Translations under genes and position numbers: made by a program
Assembly (NCBI GenBank): GCA_013239625.1
Contig: MU053629.1
Coordinates: 957,567 to 1,021,566 of the forward strand
Length of the DNA: 64,000 nt
Direction: 5' to 3'
DNA from: Lama guanicoe
Taxonomy: Eukaryota
The notes under the pieces: generated by a model
Told to the model about the DNA's origin: nothing
What the model saw: the letters and a program-made list of their open reading frames with translations, nothing else
Databases searched by the model: none
In this document: one piece after another, positions 14,301 to 27,895 of the stretch
How positions within the stretch are numbered: position 1 is the first letter of the stretch
Layout of the letters: each line of letters starts with the position of its first letter

Positions 14301-14895
14301 CTCATTCATTCACTCAACAAGTGCATATATTAAGCACTGCTCCATCTCCCATAAATGTAAGCCAGTTTGCCAAAACTCAGTGCACCCCTAAACCCAATCT
14401 GAGAAATAATCAATTCAGTCAATTTGTCAATTTGCGCACCTTGTCCAATGGCTAGTTTGCCGATTTTACCAAATTTACTCATTGTAAGAGCTTGAACAGT
14501 CAGGTTTTAACAATTAAAATGTTGGCTTAAACAGAAACAGTAGAAATTAACATTTTTTTCCACATGAAACACTACATTTCAGGAAAAATTCCAGCCTTTA
14601 ACGGTATGATAGGATTATTTTGGCTACTTCTGGTTTCTTTATGTGCTTTTGAATGTAAGTGTGTATTTTCAAACTTGAAACATTTAAGTATGTTTTTTTT
14701 TTATCAGTTTCTCAAAATGGATATAAACGTTGACTTTATAGAGGTAATGTGGGGATGTGGCCACATAGAAGGGCATGGATCTGGGGCCAGCCTGCCCGGT
14801 GTGTCTGCCTAGCTCTGCTTAGGGGTAGCTTATGTACACATGCGATGTGATCTCAGCCATTTCACATACAAATGCTGGGGGGAAAACACATCACA

Positions 14896-15013
14896 GGGAG
14901 GAGGGTGTAGCTCAGCGGTAGCGTGTGTGCTTAGCATACATGAGGTCCTCGGTTCAATCTCCAGTACTTCCATCAAATAAGTAAACCTAATTACTTTCCC
15001 TCTCAAAAAAAAA
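14896..15013 (+). mobile_element. tRNA-Ala-derived camelid-type SINE (Vic-1-like)
   Basis: GGGTGTAGCTCAGCGGTAG A-box, GGTTCAATCTCC B-box, A tail; ATCACAG flanking repeat. Confidence 0.85.
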
Positions 15014-15085
15014 ATCACAGTAATAACAAGGTTATTACTGGGTGGTGGTATTGTGAGTAACTTTACCTGCCTTCCTTATAACTTT

Positions 15086-16356
15086 CGTCAGCAAAAAAAA
15101 TTAGACAATGCTGAAATGGAAAATTGTATCTGAGCCAACCTGAGGACCATAGCCCAGGAGACAGCCTCTCAGAGAGCTCTGAGGAGCTGCTCCACAGAGG
15201 TGAGCGGGGAGGTCTGTATATATGTGATTTGGGCAAAGGGGCTACATGCCATCAGGCATGCCTCTCAGCACATGTCTGCTAGTCATGAGGAACAGACAAC
15301 TTAGTTGACGGTTTTAGTGCTTTTTGAAGTATGGGAATCCAGGTCATAAGTAATTTCTCCTGAAAGTAGCCAACCATCCGAGGGCCTGTTCTGCCAGTCT
15401 TCCCAGAGCACAGAGTGTGCTGATCTTCACCCGGAATTCCTTTTTAGGGTGTACCACGGGTCGGCGTCTGCGGTGGCTGACGGCTTGATTCTTGTAGAAC
15501 TGGATGGTGGGCAACATTCTCGATTTCACAATCCCTTCCCTTTCAGTCTTAATTTCAACCAAGGTTTGGAAGGGGTTTGGTGACCAATTTGTCCCATGGT
15601 GCTAGGAATGCTTGTTCACAGGTCAGCAAGGATTTTGTCGACAGGCCACTCAGTGTGCGATTACTGAGCCAGGTCCTGTGAACTGTGACCAAAGGCCTCT
15701 GGACCGCCTGTCTTACTAGTGTTTTATGGTCCAGGAAATGGCTCCCTCTTGTTGCTTCTTCCCATATCTCCAGTTACTCTGTTACAATCCTTGATCTTAT
15801 GGAACTGTATATTTGGTGAGTCATTTCAAATCACCTAATCATCATTAATTTTATCTGAGGCTCAGTCACACATTTGGTAATGCAAGAAACAATAATCTTG
15901 TAAAATGGGCAGACTACAAGTAATACAGCTAGTGACATTCGTAGAGTCATAAGGAGGTATTTAAGCTAAGAGCTTCCATTAGGTGCAGCCCAGTATCTCC
16001 CCAGGTCACCTGACCAGTCTGTTCCGCATTAAGCGATGATATATTGACATTGCACGTAAAGTTCGCCAAATTCCACGAGCTTATCTGCATGTACAAGGTG
16101 AGTGGTGGGTCATTGTGACCTCTTAACAGGATCGAGAAAGGAGTGTTATCTCCTAAGGAGTTACATGGCTGGCACTAGAAGGAAAAAAAATGATCCTTAT
16201 GGCTGAGCAGTTGTTTCTGCTGTGGGAAGTTCTGGTTAACGCACAATACAGATCCACAGTGCACCCTAGGTGGGGGGAGGAGGCCAAAGGGCAGAGGGAA
16301 AGTTTCATGTTTAAATTTTTCTTGACTTGCCTCAAAAAGTGAATTTTATTTCTTCA
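15086..16356 (-). mobile_element. ERV1-class solo LTR, ~1.27 kb (possibly MER41-like)
   Basis: Minus strand begins TGAAGAAATAAAATTCAC and ends GCTGACG; flanks CTTT/CTTC resemble a 4-bp TSD; family assignment from memory. Confidence 0.65.
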
Positions 16357-16949
16357 CTTCTCTGTATGTTTCACTTTAAGACATCCTTTTAATAATTGTA
16401 AGCATTCCCTACAGAGGAGGAACCACACCAGAGGGCTTCTTCATCTACAGTCACAAACTCCAATGACACTGCTGCCACCTGCTGTTCACACCTTCTCCAT
16501 CCAAGGGCTTCTCGCCAGTGCCTTCCTGCAGGAGTGTCTCAAAATCTCCGCCACTGTCTTTCCCAGACCCCTTCTACGGCCTGGGTAAGAGAATTTCAAC
16601 CTTGGCTCAATTTCAGATGCAGGAAGGGTAAGCCCTTAGCATAAGTAGAAGGGTTCCAATAAGAGAATGAGGAGATGCTTCTGAGCCGTGTGACCCGGGG
16701 GCGGGGGACAAGACCTTGCTTCTTTGAGTCTGTGTCTTCATTTGTATAATGAAGACACCCATAACACCTGCCTCACACACTTGCTTTTAAGATGAAATCA
16801 GATTCTTTTTCCTTCTGCAATCTACCTTATTACCAGAAAATAAGTTAGAGATGTAAAGGGCAAGGCAGGGTGGGGAACAGTTACACATCCTCAAATGCCA
16901 AAATCACCTGTACTTACATTAACATTGGTAACAATTAAACCTTTTTGTT

Positions 16950-17082
16950 GGAGGAGAGGGTATAGCTCAGTGGTAAAGTGCATGCCTAACATGCATGAGG
17001 TCCTGGGTTCAATCCCCCAGTATCTCCATTAACTAACTAAATAAATAAATCTGATTATCTCCCTCCCCAACCCAAAAATAAA
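16950..17082 (+). mobile_element. tRNA-derived camelid-type SINE
   Basis: GGGTATAGCTCAGTGGTAAAGTGCATGCCTAACATGCATGAGGTCCTGGGTTCAATCCC followed by TAAA-repeat body. Confidence 0.87.
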
Positions 17083-17221
17083 GCCAAACTTTTTTTCTTA
17101 GTAAAGCATTTCCCTTTATATTTTGCCACTGATTTTGAATTTATCAAAGTCTCAAGTCATTTTCTGCACATTTTATTAAGAGTATCTGAACCAGAATATG
17201 AAATACTAAAAAGGGTATCTG

Positions 17222-17723
17222 ATTTTTTTTTAACATTTTTTGTATTGAGTTATAGTCATTTTACAATGTTGTGTCAAATTCCAGTGTAGAGCACAATTTT
17301 TCAGTTATCCATGAACATACATATATTCATTGTCACATTTTTTTGCTGTGAGCTACCACAAGATCTTGTGTATGTTTCCCTGTGCTATATAGTATAATCT
17401 CGTTTATCTATTCTACATTTTGAAATCCCAGTCTGTCCCTTCCCACCCTCCTGCCCCCTTGCAACCACAAGTTTGTATTCTATGTCTATGAGTCTGTTTC
17501 TGTTTTGTATTTATGTTTTTTTGTTTTTTAGATTCCACAAATGAGCGACCTCATATGGTATTTTCTTTCTCTTTCTGGCTTACTTCACTTAGAATGACAT
17601 TCTCCAGGGACATCCATGTTGCTGCAAATGGCATTATGTTGTCATTTTTATGGCTGAATAGTATTCCATTGTATAAATATACCACATCTTCTTTATCCAG
17701 TCATCTGTTGCTGGATATTTAGG
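17222..17723 (-). mobile_element. L1 3' end, lineage-specific
   Basis: Poly(T) then reverse L1 3' UTR and ORF2 end (HVAANGI); highly similar to the copy at 42690-43440. Confidence 0.88.
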
Positions 17724-19470
17724 AGCTTTTGTACCATCAAAAGTGTCTCTCCCATCTGAGATTGTCAGAGAAATTTCCAAGATTCTGGCTCACAAGTCTC
17801 ACATCACTTCTTTCAGGCGAGACGTCTAGCAAATGGGCTACGTACAACTGAGAAAACTGGAGTGGGCTTCCCTGGGGAACTGACACGAACAGAACAGCTG
17901 GGGAGGCCTGGGCCCTTCTCAGCAGCTGTCAACATCACACCAGATTCTGTTTGCCTGAACCTTCCTTCTGACCAGGTCTAGATGCTCGCAGTTGGGAGAT
18001 AATCAGCTTTCCTGTTGCCAATCTAATATTCCTTCCTAGAATATCTGCCGTGTGTATTGATGGTTTAGAAGCTCAGCAAAACTGAGACTCTCGATTGGTG
18101 AGTTCCAGCGAGTATATGTAAATGATTTGGAGACTGTTCACTCTGCTCCACACTATCAGCCCGGATGTGATGTGGATTCCAGGGGCAGTTCTGGCTGTTC
18201 GCATCCTCTAAAAGGGAGGCTGGGTACCGACTCGCTCTCTTGCATTCTTGGTGTGGACAAAGTGCTAAATGGAGGTAGTATCGGCTGCCTGGATTTCTCC
18301 TTTCGGTGCCGAAACTTTTCCCTCTAAAAAGTTGGCCTTGAAAATTGTCTCCTTTATGGAAATAAAACTAAAGCAATTCTAAGATAGCATTTTACACCTA
18401 TTAAATTGGTGAAGTTGTATAATAAATTGCTCAATGCCAAAATCTCTGAAGTGAAATCAAATACGCCTCATGGCTTTACTGTAATTTGTGAAATCCTTTT
18501 GGAAAGCAATAGAAATATATATGCAAGAGACCTAAAGGGTTTTCATACCCTTTGAGCTGATAATCCTACACATGAGAACTTATCTTTCAACAAAGGCAAA
18601 AAGCGGTATTTAAGAAGCTGTCCATTGCGGCATTATCAGTGGTACCAAAAGAAAGGCCTGGAGACAACTGAAATCCTGACCCAAAAGGGATTATGAGTAA
18701 GTTCATAGAATGTTATTTTGCCATTAAAATGATAAAGGCTATGTAGAAAGATGGAGAAACGTCTCCTATAATGCTAAGTGAAAAAAGGCAACCAGAAGTC
18801 CATGAATTGTAATTACAGCCATCGTAGACTATTTTTTCAGATGACAATTGGGCTGTAATGGGCAAGTACACAAAAAGTTGAATTTGGATAGTAAGCTTTT
18901 TGATTATTTTTCTTTCTTTATTTCCAAATTATCTTTAATGTGGCTATAGTATAAACAGAAAACTGGTCTTTCAGGGTGCAGATATGCTAAGCTGAATTAG
19001 GTCACTCTGCAGAGCACCTCTCTTTGAAACAGAGAGCCCATTCGGATTTATTTGGAGAGGCTAATGACTTCTCCTTTTATCAGTACAGGTTGGTCTGTGC
19101 TGAGATGGCACTTGCCTAGCCTCATTGGGAAGGATCATAAAGTGACTATTAAATATGTCAGTGTCAGTCTTACTACCAACTTGCCTTTGACTAGCACACA
19201 ATTTTCAAAATGCTTTTTCATCCTTTATCAGATTTGAGCTTCACAACAACTCCACGTGGCAGGCAGTGCATGCGCATTACGACCATTTTATCGATGGGCA
19301 CACTGAGGCTCAGAGAGCGAAGTGATGGGCCCCAGTTCACACAGCTGGTAAATGGGAATGCTGGAACTAAATACTTGAGAATTGTTTGACATAAGAGGAC
19401 AAGGCCAGATTCTCTGATTGTCCCCATATCAACTCTGAGGTAAAGGGATTATGGAGAAAATACTATTGAC

Positions 19471-19562
19471 TTCTTTTTTTTTTTTTTTTTTGAGTTTATT
19501 GAACCCAGGACCTCATACATGCTAAGCATGCACTCTACTGCTTGGGCTATACCCACCCCGCT
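19471..19562 (-). mobile_element. tRNA-derived SINE, short form
   Basis: Reverse-strand tRNA head, poly(T) on + strand, TSD AATACTATTGAC at 19459-19470 and 19563-19574. Confidence 0.87.
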
Positions 19563-20291
19563 AATACTATTGACATTTTAAGGCGAAAAAGGCACTTTTT
19601 ATGAGACGTAAATGTTTCGCGTACCTGGGAGAAGCGTGCAATGACCTGTTGGCGAGCCTAGTGATACAGTGGTAAAGCCAGAGTGTGGGACACTTAAAGG
19701 CCGATGACTCAGGGCCCAGGACAAGGAGGCACCTTTGAGAGGAAAATAAGGCTTATGAAGGGCCTGATGGAGACTTTGGGAGGAAGAACCAAGGGTGAAC
19801 CTGGACTTAGATCTTTACCCATCGGTGATCAAGGAAGCTGAGAGGGAAGCGTTTCAAACTGAGACCCTGTACATGGGAACAAGAAGAGTAGCCCCTAGGA
19901 TGGGGCTCAGGTATAGCTCTTAAGAAGCTACTAAGTAACTACACAAAAGGTGACAAGAACAGCATTTCTAGGATCTCTGTGGTTCATTCACACGTGGCTC
20001 TGGGCTGCTGTGGGGTTTTTTTGTTTGTTTTGGTTTTGGTTTTTTGCAATCAGGTATTGGTTTACTCTGGCCATGGCAAGTGTTTAAAACTCAGAGATTT
20101 CCCTGTAGATTCCTGGAACACTTGCCCACTTCTCTACCCTCCCCTTGGACATCGAGTATGAACCTCCCCTACCGGTCCACATTAGGCAGACCCTCCGGAT
20201 TCCTCCTCAAAGCGAGTTGCTTTCCACTCACTCCCACAACAAACCTATGCCCTACACATGCTCTGCTCTTGTCTATTTTATCTCTCTTCTA

Positions 20292-20310
20292 TGTGTGTGT
20301 GTGTGTGTGT
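20292..20310 (+). repeat. (TG)n microsatellite
   Basis: tgtgtgtgtgtgtgtgtgt. Confidence 0.85.
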
Positions 20311-20889
20311 TGCTCTCAAAAAATGTTACTGACAGTTTTTCATTCTTAACTTTTTAATTTTCTGCAATGAAAATATGAGTGGGCCGCTGTGTTTGAGCCA
20401 GCCGCCTCGGGCTTCTCCAGCTGGGATCTGCAGACCCACCCTCAGGCACCTGTGAGTGTAAGGACGTCCACTTTTTATCTTTTCCCTTAATGCCTGTTTA
20501 AAAAGTAGATTAATGTTTGCACATTCCGGATCATCTGTACAGCCACTGAATACCATAACACGATTTCAGTGTCTACATTGGCACTGTGTTTAGATAGTAC
20601 TGGGGCCAAAGGATGCTATTTGAATTGTCAGAATTAGAGGAGAAAAGAAGAGATTTAATATGTAAATAAGTAGCGGCCATAGGACATCACAAAACATGGT
20701 ACAAAGAAAATTTACCCATTCATTTAACCAGAAAACTGGTGGGTGTGTGGAGTTAAAACATAGCCCGTGGGGTACAGGTATATCGAATACAGAAGAACCC
20801 CGGCAAGAAAAGATATCCAAAAGAGGTGGGCAGCCTGTCTCTTCCATGTCACAGAGGGGTGAAGGCTCACCCAAAAATGATCTTTTTGG

Positions 20890-21220
20890 TTTCAGGGTCC
20901 ATTTACATCTGAAAAATTATGGAGAACCTCCAAGAGCTTTTGTTTGTGTGGGCTGCATCTATTAATATTTTATGTATTAGAAACTAAACTGAGACATTTA
21001 GTTACTGTTTCATTTCTAAATGGCAATAATAAACACGTTATAGATTAACATAGCTAACGTTTTAATGAAAATATATTTTGCAAAACAAAACTTTATTGAG
21101 AAAAGTAGCATTATTTTACATGTTTGCAAATCCATTTGATGCCTGGCTAAACAGAAGACAGCTAAATTTTTGTATCTGCTTATGTATGTATTCAACCCAT
21201 TTTGAGATACTGTTTTGATT
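20890..21220. mobile_element. Charlie1-like hAT fragment, followed by an LTR start at ~21222
   Basis: CCAAGAGCTTTTGTTTGTGTGGG...AAAGTAGCATTATTTTACATGTTTGCAAATC...CTGGCTAAACAGAAGACAGCT. Confidence 0.6.
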
Positions 21221-21869
21221 GATGTTAGGGCTCACGGCGGGCTGCCCCAAAATACGCCACAATGGCATATGGATTATTTTGAATTAAAGTTTCTTAAGAA
21301 ATGGCCAATGCAAGAGGGATGCTCTCCTGTCTCCCTTAAAGCAGGAAATAAATCTCCCACTTAGAGAAATTATTTGTTAGCTTATAGAGTTTTGCCTAGT
21401 AGAAATTACTTTTGCTTAGTAGAAAAAGTAACTCTAAAGGTTTTTTTTATTCCTTTATAGGACGTTAACCAGCTTTGTATGTAAACTAGCAATTGTACCC
21501 TAACATCCCTTTATTAAATTGCTGATAAGTACGTAGCTTCTCACTTTCTATAGAGGTCTTTATATTGTCCTGTTTCCCTCATTAAGTGATGAATTCCATA
21601 GAATCTTTGGCACACGTTCATTTTCTATTTGCATGAGTCACGATTTTAATTTTTTTCAGAATTGTCCTTTAGGAACCTCCGGTTTCACCGTCAGCATCAT
21701 TAGCCTTATCACATTCATGTTACGAGTGGCAGATCATTTGTTTAGCAAAACATCTTTAAATACTGTTGTCAATTTGAATTATTTGGGGTTTGTGCTTATA
21801 TACACTTAAAGGGAAATATCTTGTAGACTTTTTTAAAATTAATTAATTTATTTTTGAGATAACTATTTC

Positions 21870-22012
21870 TTTTTAAAAATTATTTTATTTTAAAAAATTG
21901 GGAGGAGGGTGGTAATTAGGTATTTATTTATTTATACAAAAGTATAGGGGTTTGAACCCAGGACCTTGTGCATGCTAAGAATGCACTCTGCCACTGAGCT
22001 ATACCCTCCCCC
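21870..22012 (-). mobile_element. tRNA-derived camelid-type SINE
   Basis: GAACCCAGGACCTTGTGCATGCTAAGAATGCACTCTGCCACTGAGCTATACCCTCCCC is the reverse complement of the SINE head. Confidence 0.85.
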
Positions 22013-23927
22013 ACCTACCTCTAGACTTACTAAAATTGATTTCATCTGAATGCTTCTTAAATATACACTAATGTGGAATTACATATAAACTGCTTATGCC
22101 TTTAACTGTTACACAGCTGTAAAACAAAACATATTAAATACATACATAGCCACAAATCCAAAATAACACATATCTGAATTTATGCCACCAAGAAGAATTT
22201 CTGACCCAGGAAGTCAAGTATGAACAGAAAATCAACACTTGACTTGTGGGTGGGACTGGTACAATATTGGTGAACGCACAGACCCTGACAATGCCATTGC
22301 TGTCAATGGAAACCTCACATGGACACGGGGCCCCCGGCTGAGAACGCTTAGTGCCCCTAAATGAGACATTTGACTTCTCCGAGCTCCTCTGTAAAATAGG
22401 AGTGCGTCTACCTATCTCACAGGATTAGTACAGGGAGGCACAAATGTGCAACTGTTATTGTCACAGAAGGGGAAGAAAGCATTTCACTCTTTCATTCGTC
22501 TCTCTTCCCTCTCAACAGTCTTATTCTCTAATTTTGTTCTTAGAACTGGCCCTGGAGCCAAACTGAAACAAATTATTTAATCTCCCACTTCAGGCTCTTC
22601 ATCTGTAAACTGAAGGAGATACAATCTCTACCTCGTAAGATTGAGTGGCTGATTTAGAGTAACACACATAAAGCACCTGACACAGAAATAACTCGATAGA
22701 TGATCATCATTGTTAGCACAGCGCTCAGCACCTGAGAGCTGAGTCAATAATGGTTATCATCATTCAGACGTGAGGCAAGAGCTAAGGCGATAGTCCCTCC
22801 TAAAATGATAACTTTTAGGAGGACAAGAAAGGAAACATAACATTTAGTGAATGCACACTGGGCCGGGCACTCAACATACGTTATGTAATTTCACCATCAC
22901 AAATCCCTGGGAGGCAGATGGTGCCATCCAGAGCCCCAGGAGGGTGGAAGTGAGAGGAGAGAGCACCTAGGGTTCCAAGTTAAGGAGGCCCCGCCCAAAA
23001 TTTAAGGAGGCACTTCCTCTCAGGGTTGTGCTAACGAAAATGAGGCTCCAACAGAGTAGGATGGTAAGGAGTGGGGATTTACCCTCTGGTCTGCCGGCTG
23101 AAGTCGAAGTGGACAGGCCGCAGGGCTTCCTTCCTATGGGTTCTCACCCCTTCACCCCATCCAGACGCTGCTAATCTCTGAGAAACCACCCAGCTCATTC
23201 TAGAAAGATCCCAACCATGATTGCCCAAACTGTGACTCAAGTCTGGCCATCTAAAATGTCCTAACTCTTCTTTCACAGGAGGGCCCTGCTGACACAGCTG
23301 CACTTTAAGCTTCTTGAAAGTATTATAGTAAAGGCCTCTTAAGACTGTCTCAGTGAGCCCAGATTCTAACAACTTAATAAGAAAAGCCTCTTAGGATGAA
23401 ACTGGGAGGTTCTGATCTCCTGGAGAGAAGCTAACCCTTTGACCTCACGTGGTGGCCGACGCTCCGGGAGGGCGTGGCTGTCACTGGGCTGAGTGCTGCA
23501 GTCTGCACGTGGTTTTCCTACATCCTCTTTACTTCAAGGATAACATGGCTCAGGAAGTAACCAGAGCTGCCCTGCAATTTAGTGTTTTCCTTTCCTTAAG
23601 ATGGAAGGTGCGGCGTCAAGCACAGAGCGTTGAATCCAGGGTAGAAGCCAGATTCTTAGAATTTGGGGAGCTTCTCTGGGAATCCCTGAGGCATTTGTAT
23701 GAATAACCAACCTAAGGGCAGGAAAAACCTTTGAAAGGAACAATTACAGTCTGTTTGGATAAGCTTTCCTGGAATCTGATGGTAGAATCCAGAGGGAAAA
23801 GTGCCCCTCCCTCCAGCCCACCTCAGGAAAGGAGGCTGAGCGGAGAAATGAGTTATCAGGAAGGAATGTGCGAACAGAAAGATGACCTTGGTGTTCTTTT
23901 CAAGATTTAGTGATTTCTCTAGAAACA

Positions 23928-24257
23928 TGCTATGGACTGCCTTGTGTCCCCCAAAATTCCTAAAGTGAAGCTCTAATCCCTGATGTGATTCTATTTGGAG
24001 ATAGAGCCCATTAGGAGGTAATTAAGGTTAATTGAGATTATAAGGGTGGGACCCTGATGCCATCGGATTAGCCTCCTCATAAGAGACACATGAGGTCCAC
24101 CATGTGATCTAGCCAAGAAGAGTCTCACTTGAACCTGACCTTGCTGGCACCGCGATCTCAGACTTCCAACCTCCAGAACTGTGAGTAAATAAATTTCTAT
24201 TGTTGAAGCTACTCAGTCTACAATAGTTCGTTATGACAGCCAGGGGTGACTAATACA
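23928..24257 (+). mobile_element. MLT1A/B-like MaLR LTR
   Basis: TGCTATGGACTG...CCCCCAAAATTC...CCTCCAGAACTGTGAGTAAATAAATTTCT...ACTAATACA. Confidence 0.82.
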
Positions 24258-26734
24258 AAACCCCTGTGGGTAATATGCCCACAGTTTATTTAGTTGGCTC
24301 TCAAGCCTTATTCGGGTCTAGTCTCACAATATTTGCATCTGTATCTTTTAAATCCTCACCATCCAAGTAAGTGGGTAATAATTTTTGCTGTTTTTACGGT
24401 TGAAATTAGAATAATGGATTCTTTGGATTATAGAATCAAAAGCAATAAAGTCCAGAGCTGGACTATGGAGCACTTAGCTTTCCTGGGCATCATTGCCCTA
24501 AGGGTAAAATGAGGAACATAGTTCCTACTTCACAGATCGTTCATGAGGATCCAAGTTTATACCCCCAACCCACTGTCGGGGGTGTGGGCACTGACCAAGC
24601 AGGCAAGGCCAAGTCTTGTTCCTGGAGGCCAGAAAGGAGAGAGCCGGAGGCGGAGTATCTCTGTTCTTAAACAGCACACATTTCCAGTGCTAAGACAAGT
24701 CATCGGGACTGGGCTCAAACAGAAACACAGGTAAGTGCTTTATTGAGGGGAGAAACGTTCTGGACGGGTAGGACAAATGACAGAACTGAAGTGGCTGTAA
24801 CTCGCCTTATAGGATCAGGTAAGATACAAATGGAGTGATCTGGGGCTTCTCACGTATCACGTGGTAAAGGCTGAAATCATTATCAAAGGCACTGGTTGGT
24901 TTGTCTATTAAATCCCTGCCTCCCACAACTCCACTCCCACGATTCAAAGTGCAGGCTGACAACCACAGACAATCACAGATGTGAATGATGAAGGTGGGGG
25001 ATCATGCTGAGCTGGGACACCAGGTCTCTGACTCTTGGCTGAGGAATCTGACAGAATGTTTCACAAGGGCACGTTCACTTTTAGTGATTTTAATGAGGAA
25101 CATCCAAGTGGTGCCACCAAGATACTTGGGACCAGAGACTCAGGTTTGAAAACTTAGAAATTCTCTCCCAGGGAAGCAAACAAACACCTTGTTACTGAAA
25201 AGCATATTGAGAAGAATATGTTCATGCAGATTCCCGTTATACCAGACACTCTGTTGTAGCCAGAAAGGAAAAAGGGCACGGATTCTGACACCTGCCCAGT
25301 GAAGACATCTAATCTGAAACTATGAGGCAGACATAGTTCTGGCCTCTGTTGCTTTTGCACCCTGGAGTTAATTTGGTTTGAATGACTGCCAAACCCTAAA
25401 GTTCAAAAGACAGTCACAAGTGGGAAAAGAGGCCAGCACTCTTGGGGTTGGATTCCCAGAATTTTCCCACTTACTGTAAGCCTCTCATTCTAAGGGCAGC
25501 CCACTCTGGCTGGTGGTTCGGTTTTAGAAACAGCCCTTCCCCCTACTACAAACAATGTTGGTGCGGTTCTGAGAGTAAAACCGTCAGCCGTGTTGTCCAC
25601 CAAGGACCTGAACTTGGGTGTGTCGTCTCCCAGAAGCCACCACCATGGTCATGCGTGAGGTCCATGAGGATAGGCAACCCTCTCACACTGAATGCAGCTG
25701 TTCTCATTAGCTGGTCATAAAATAGACGTGAGTGAACATCTCATCCCTTTTAAGAGTTTCATTGCAATTGAATGTAAACACAAATTCAGTTAATAGGAGT
25801 TTATGTCAGCCATTAAGCTTGGTTTCATCTTTGAAGTCTTCTACTCTTTTGTTCCCCATGTGTAATGTTCACCATGCCCTGATGGGTTGTACCTCCAAAT
25901 TCCCGCAAGGGACCAACCCCTTCTCTCCTCCGTGGCCACCATGCTGGCCAAGTCACCTTCAGTTCTCACCTCTGTTATTCTCCGAGCCTCCTAACTGCTC
26001 TCTCTGCTCCAACTCTGCCCCTCTCCCCACAAAATCTGTTCTCTATGCTCTAACCAGAACCATGGTTTCGGCACCCAAGCCTGATTATGTCCCCACCCTC
26101 CCCTTGCTAAAAACCTTTCGCTCTTAAGCTAAAACTCAAAACCCTTCCCTTGGCCCCTGCCTGCCCCTGCTGCCTCTCTTGACCCTCGCTCCCCATCCAT
26201 CCCTCTCTGCCTGCAGCCAAGTTAACCTCCCAGCTTCCCCTTCCTCCTCCCTCCACTTCCCCAATGACCACTGTTCAAATGGCACTTTCTAGGGAAGTTT
26301 CCCATGAGATCCCCCAATCTAGGGCAGGTCTCTAAGTTTTCACTAACTGTGTTTCTTTTCTTAACAGTAATTATCTCCATTTTTAATTACACATTCATGA
26401 CTGTGATTATTTTATAAAGATCCATCTTCCCTCCTGGTCTCTAGGCTCCATGAGAGCAGCGGCTCATCCACTCACCATCTACCCCCAGGCCCTTCACCTG
26501 GTGCCTGGCACATAAATAGGTTCTCACAGGACACTCTTTGAATGAATTTCAGAGAGGTAGACACCGAGTGGAAAACACAGACAACTATGAATCAGAGCTG
26601 TTGTTTAAAAAAAAAAAGGAAAAACTTAACTTTTAAAAAGATCAGTACATTTGAAAGTAAGGTAAATTATTCTCAAAACTTCAAAACAAGATTACTTATA
26701 AAAATCAGCACATAATGAATGACATAAATCATAA

Positions 26735-27895
26735 CAATGCTTTCCTAGGTCAGTGTACCAAGGCAACAGCAATAAAAGCAAAATAAACAAAGAAGGCCTA
26801 ATCAAACTTAGAAGCTTTTGTACAGCCAACCATAAACAAAGCCAAAAGACAACCTACAGACTGGGAGAAAAATATTTGCAAGCTATGTGACTGACAAGGG
26901 TTTAACTTCCAGAATATACAAAGAGCTCATACAATTCAATAACAAAAAACAAACAACCTAATCAAAAAATGGGCAGAAGACCTACATAGACATTTTTCCA
27001 ATGAAGACATACAGATGGCACATGAAGATAGGCTGAATATAGCTGATTATCAGAGAAATGCAAATCAAAACCACAATGAGGTATCACCTCACACTAGTCA
27101 GAATGGCCATCATTAAAAAGTCTACAAACAATAAATGCTGGAGAAGGTGTGGAGAACAGGGAACCCTCCTACCCTGTTGGTGGGAATGTAGTTTGGTGTA
27201 GCCATTACGAGAAAACAGTATGGAGATTCCTTAAAAAACTAAAAATATACTTAGCCATATGATCCAGCAATCCTACTCCTGGGCATATATCCAGAGAAAA
27301 CTCTAATTTGAAAACACATATGCACCCCAATGTTCATAGCAGCACTGTTTACAATAGCCAAGATGTAGAAGCAACCTAAAAGACAATTGACAAATGATTG
27401 GGAAAAGAATTTGTGGTGTGTGTATATATATATATGATTATATATATATAGCTCAGCCATAAAAAAGAATGAAATAATGCCATTTGCAGCAACATGGATG
27501 GACATAGAGATTATCACACTAAGTGAAGTAAGTCAGAGAAAGACAAATAAAATATCACTTATATGTGGAATCTAAACAAATGACATAAAGGAACTTATTT
27601 ACGAAACAGAAGCAGACTCACAGACATAGAAAAACAAACTTACGGTTACCAAAGTGGAAAGGAGGTGGGAGAGGGATAAATTAGGGGTTTGGGATTAGCA
27701 GATACAAACTACTGTACACAAAATAGATAAACAACAAGGTCCTACTGCACAGCACAGGGAACTATATTCAGTAGCTTATAATAACCTATAATGACAAAGA
27801 ATATGAAAAAGTATTATATATATATATAACTAAATCACTATGCTGAACACCAGAAACAAATACAACATTGTAACTCTACTATACTTGCATAAAAA
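26735..27895 (+). mobile_element. L1 3' ~1.15 kb (ORF2 C-terminus plus 3' UTR)
   Basis: AAAGACAACCTACAGACTGGGAGAAAATATTTGCAA...TGCTGGAGAAGGTGTGGAG...CCATTTGCAGCAACATGGATGGAC, then the 3' UTR. Confidence 0.9.

Noticed and set aside
2466..21461. CArG boxes CCAAATTTGG (2466-2475) and CCTTTATAGG (21452-21461)
   Set aside because: Several are expected by chance in 64 kb, and both sit in or beside degraded repeats
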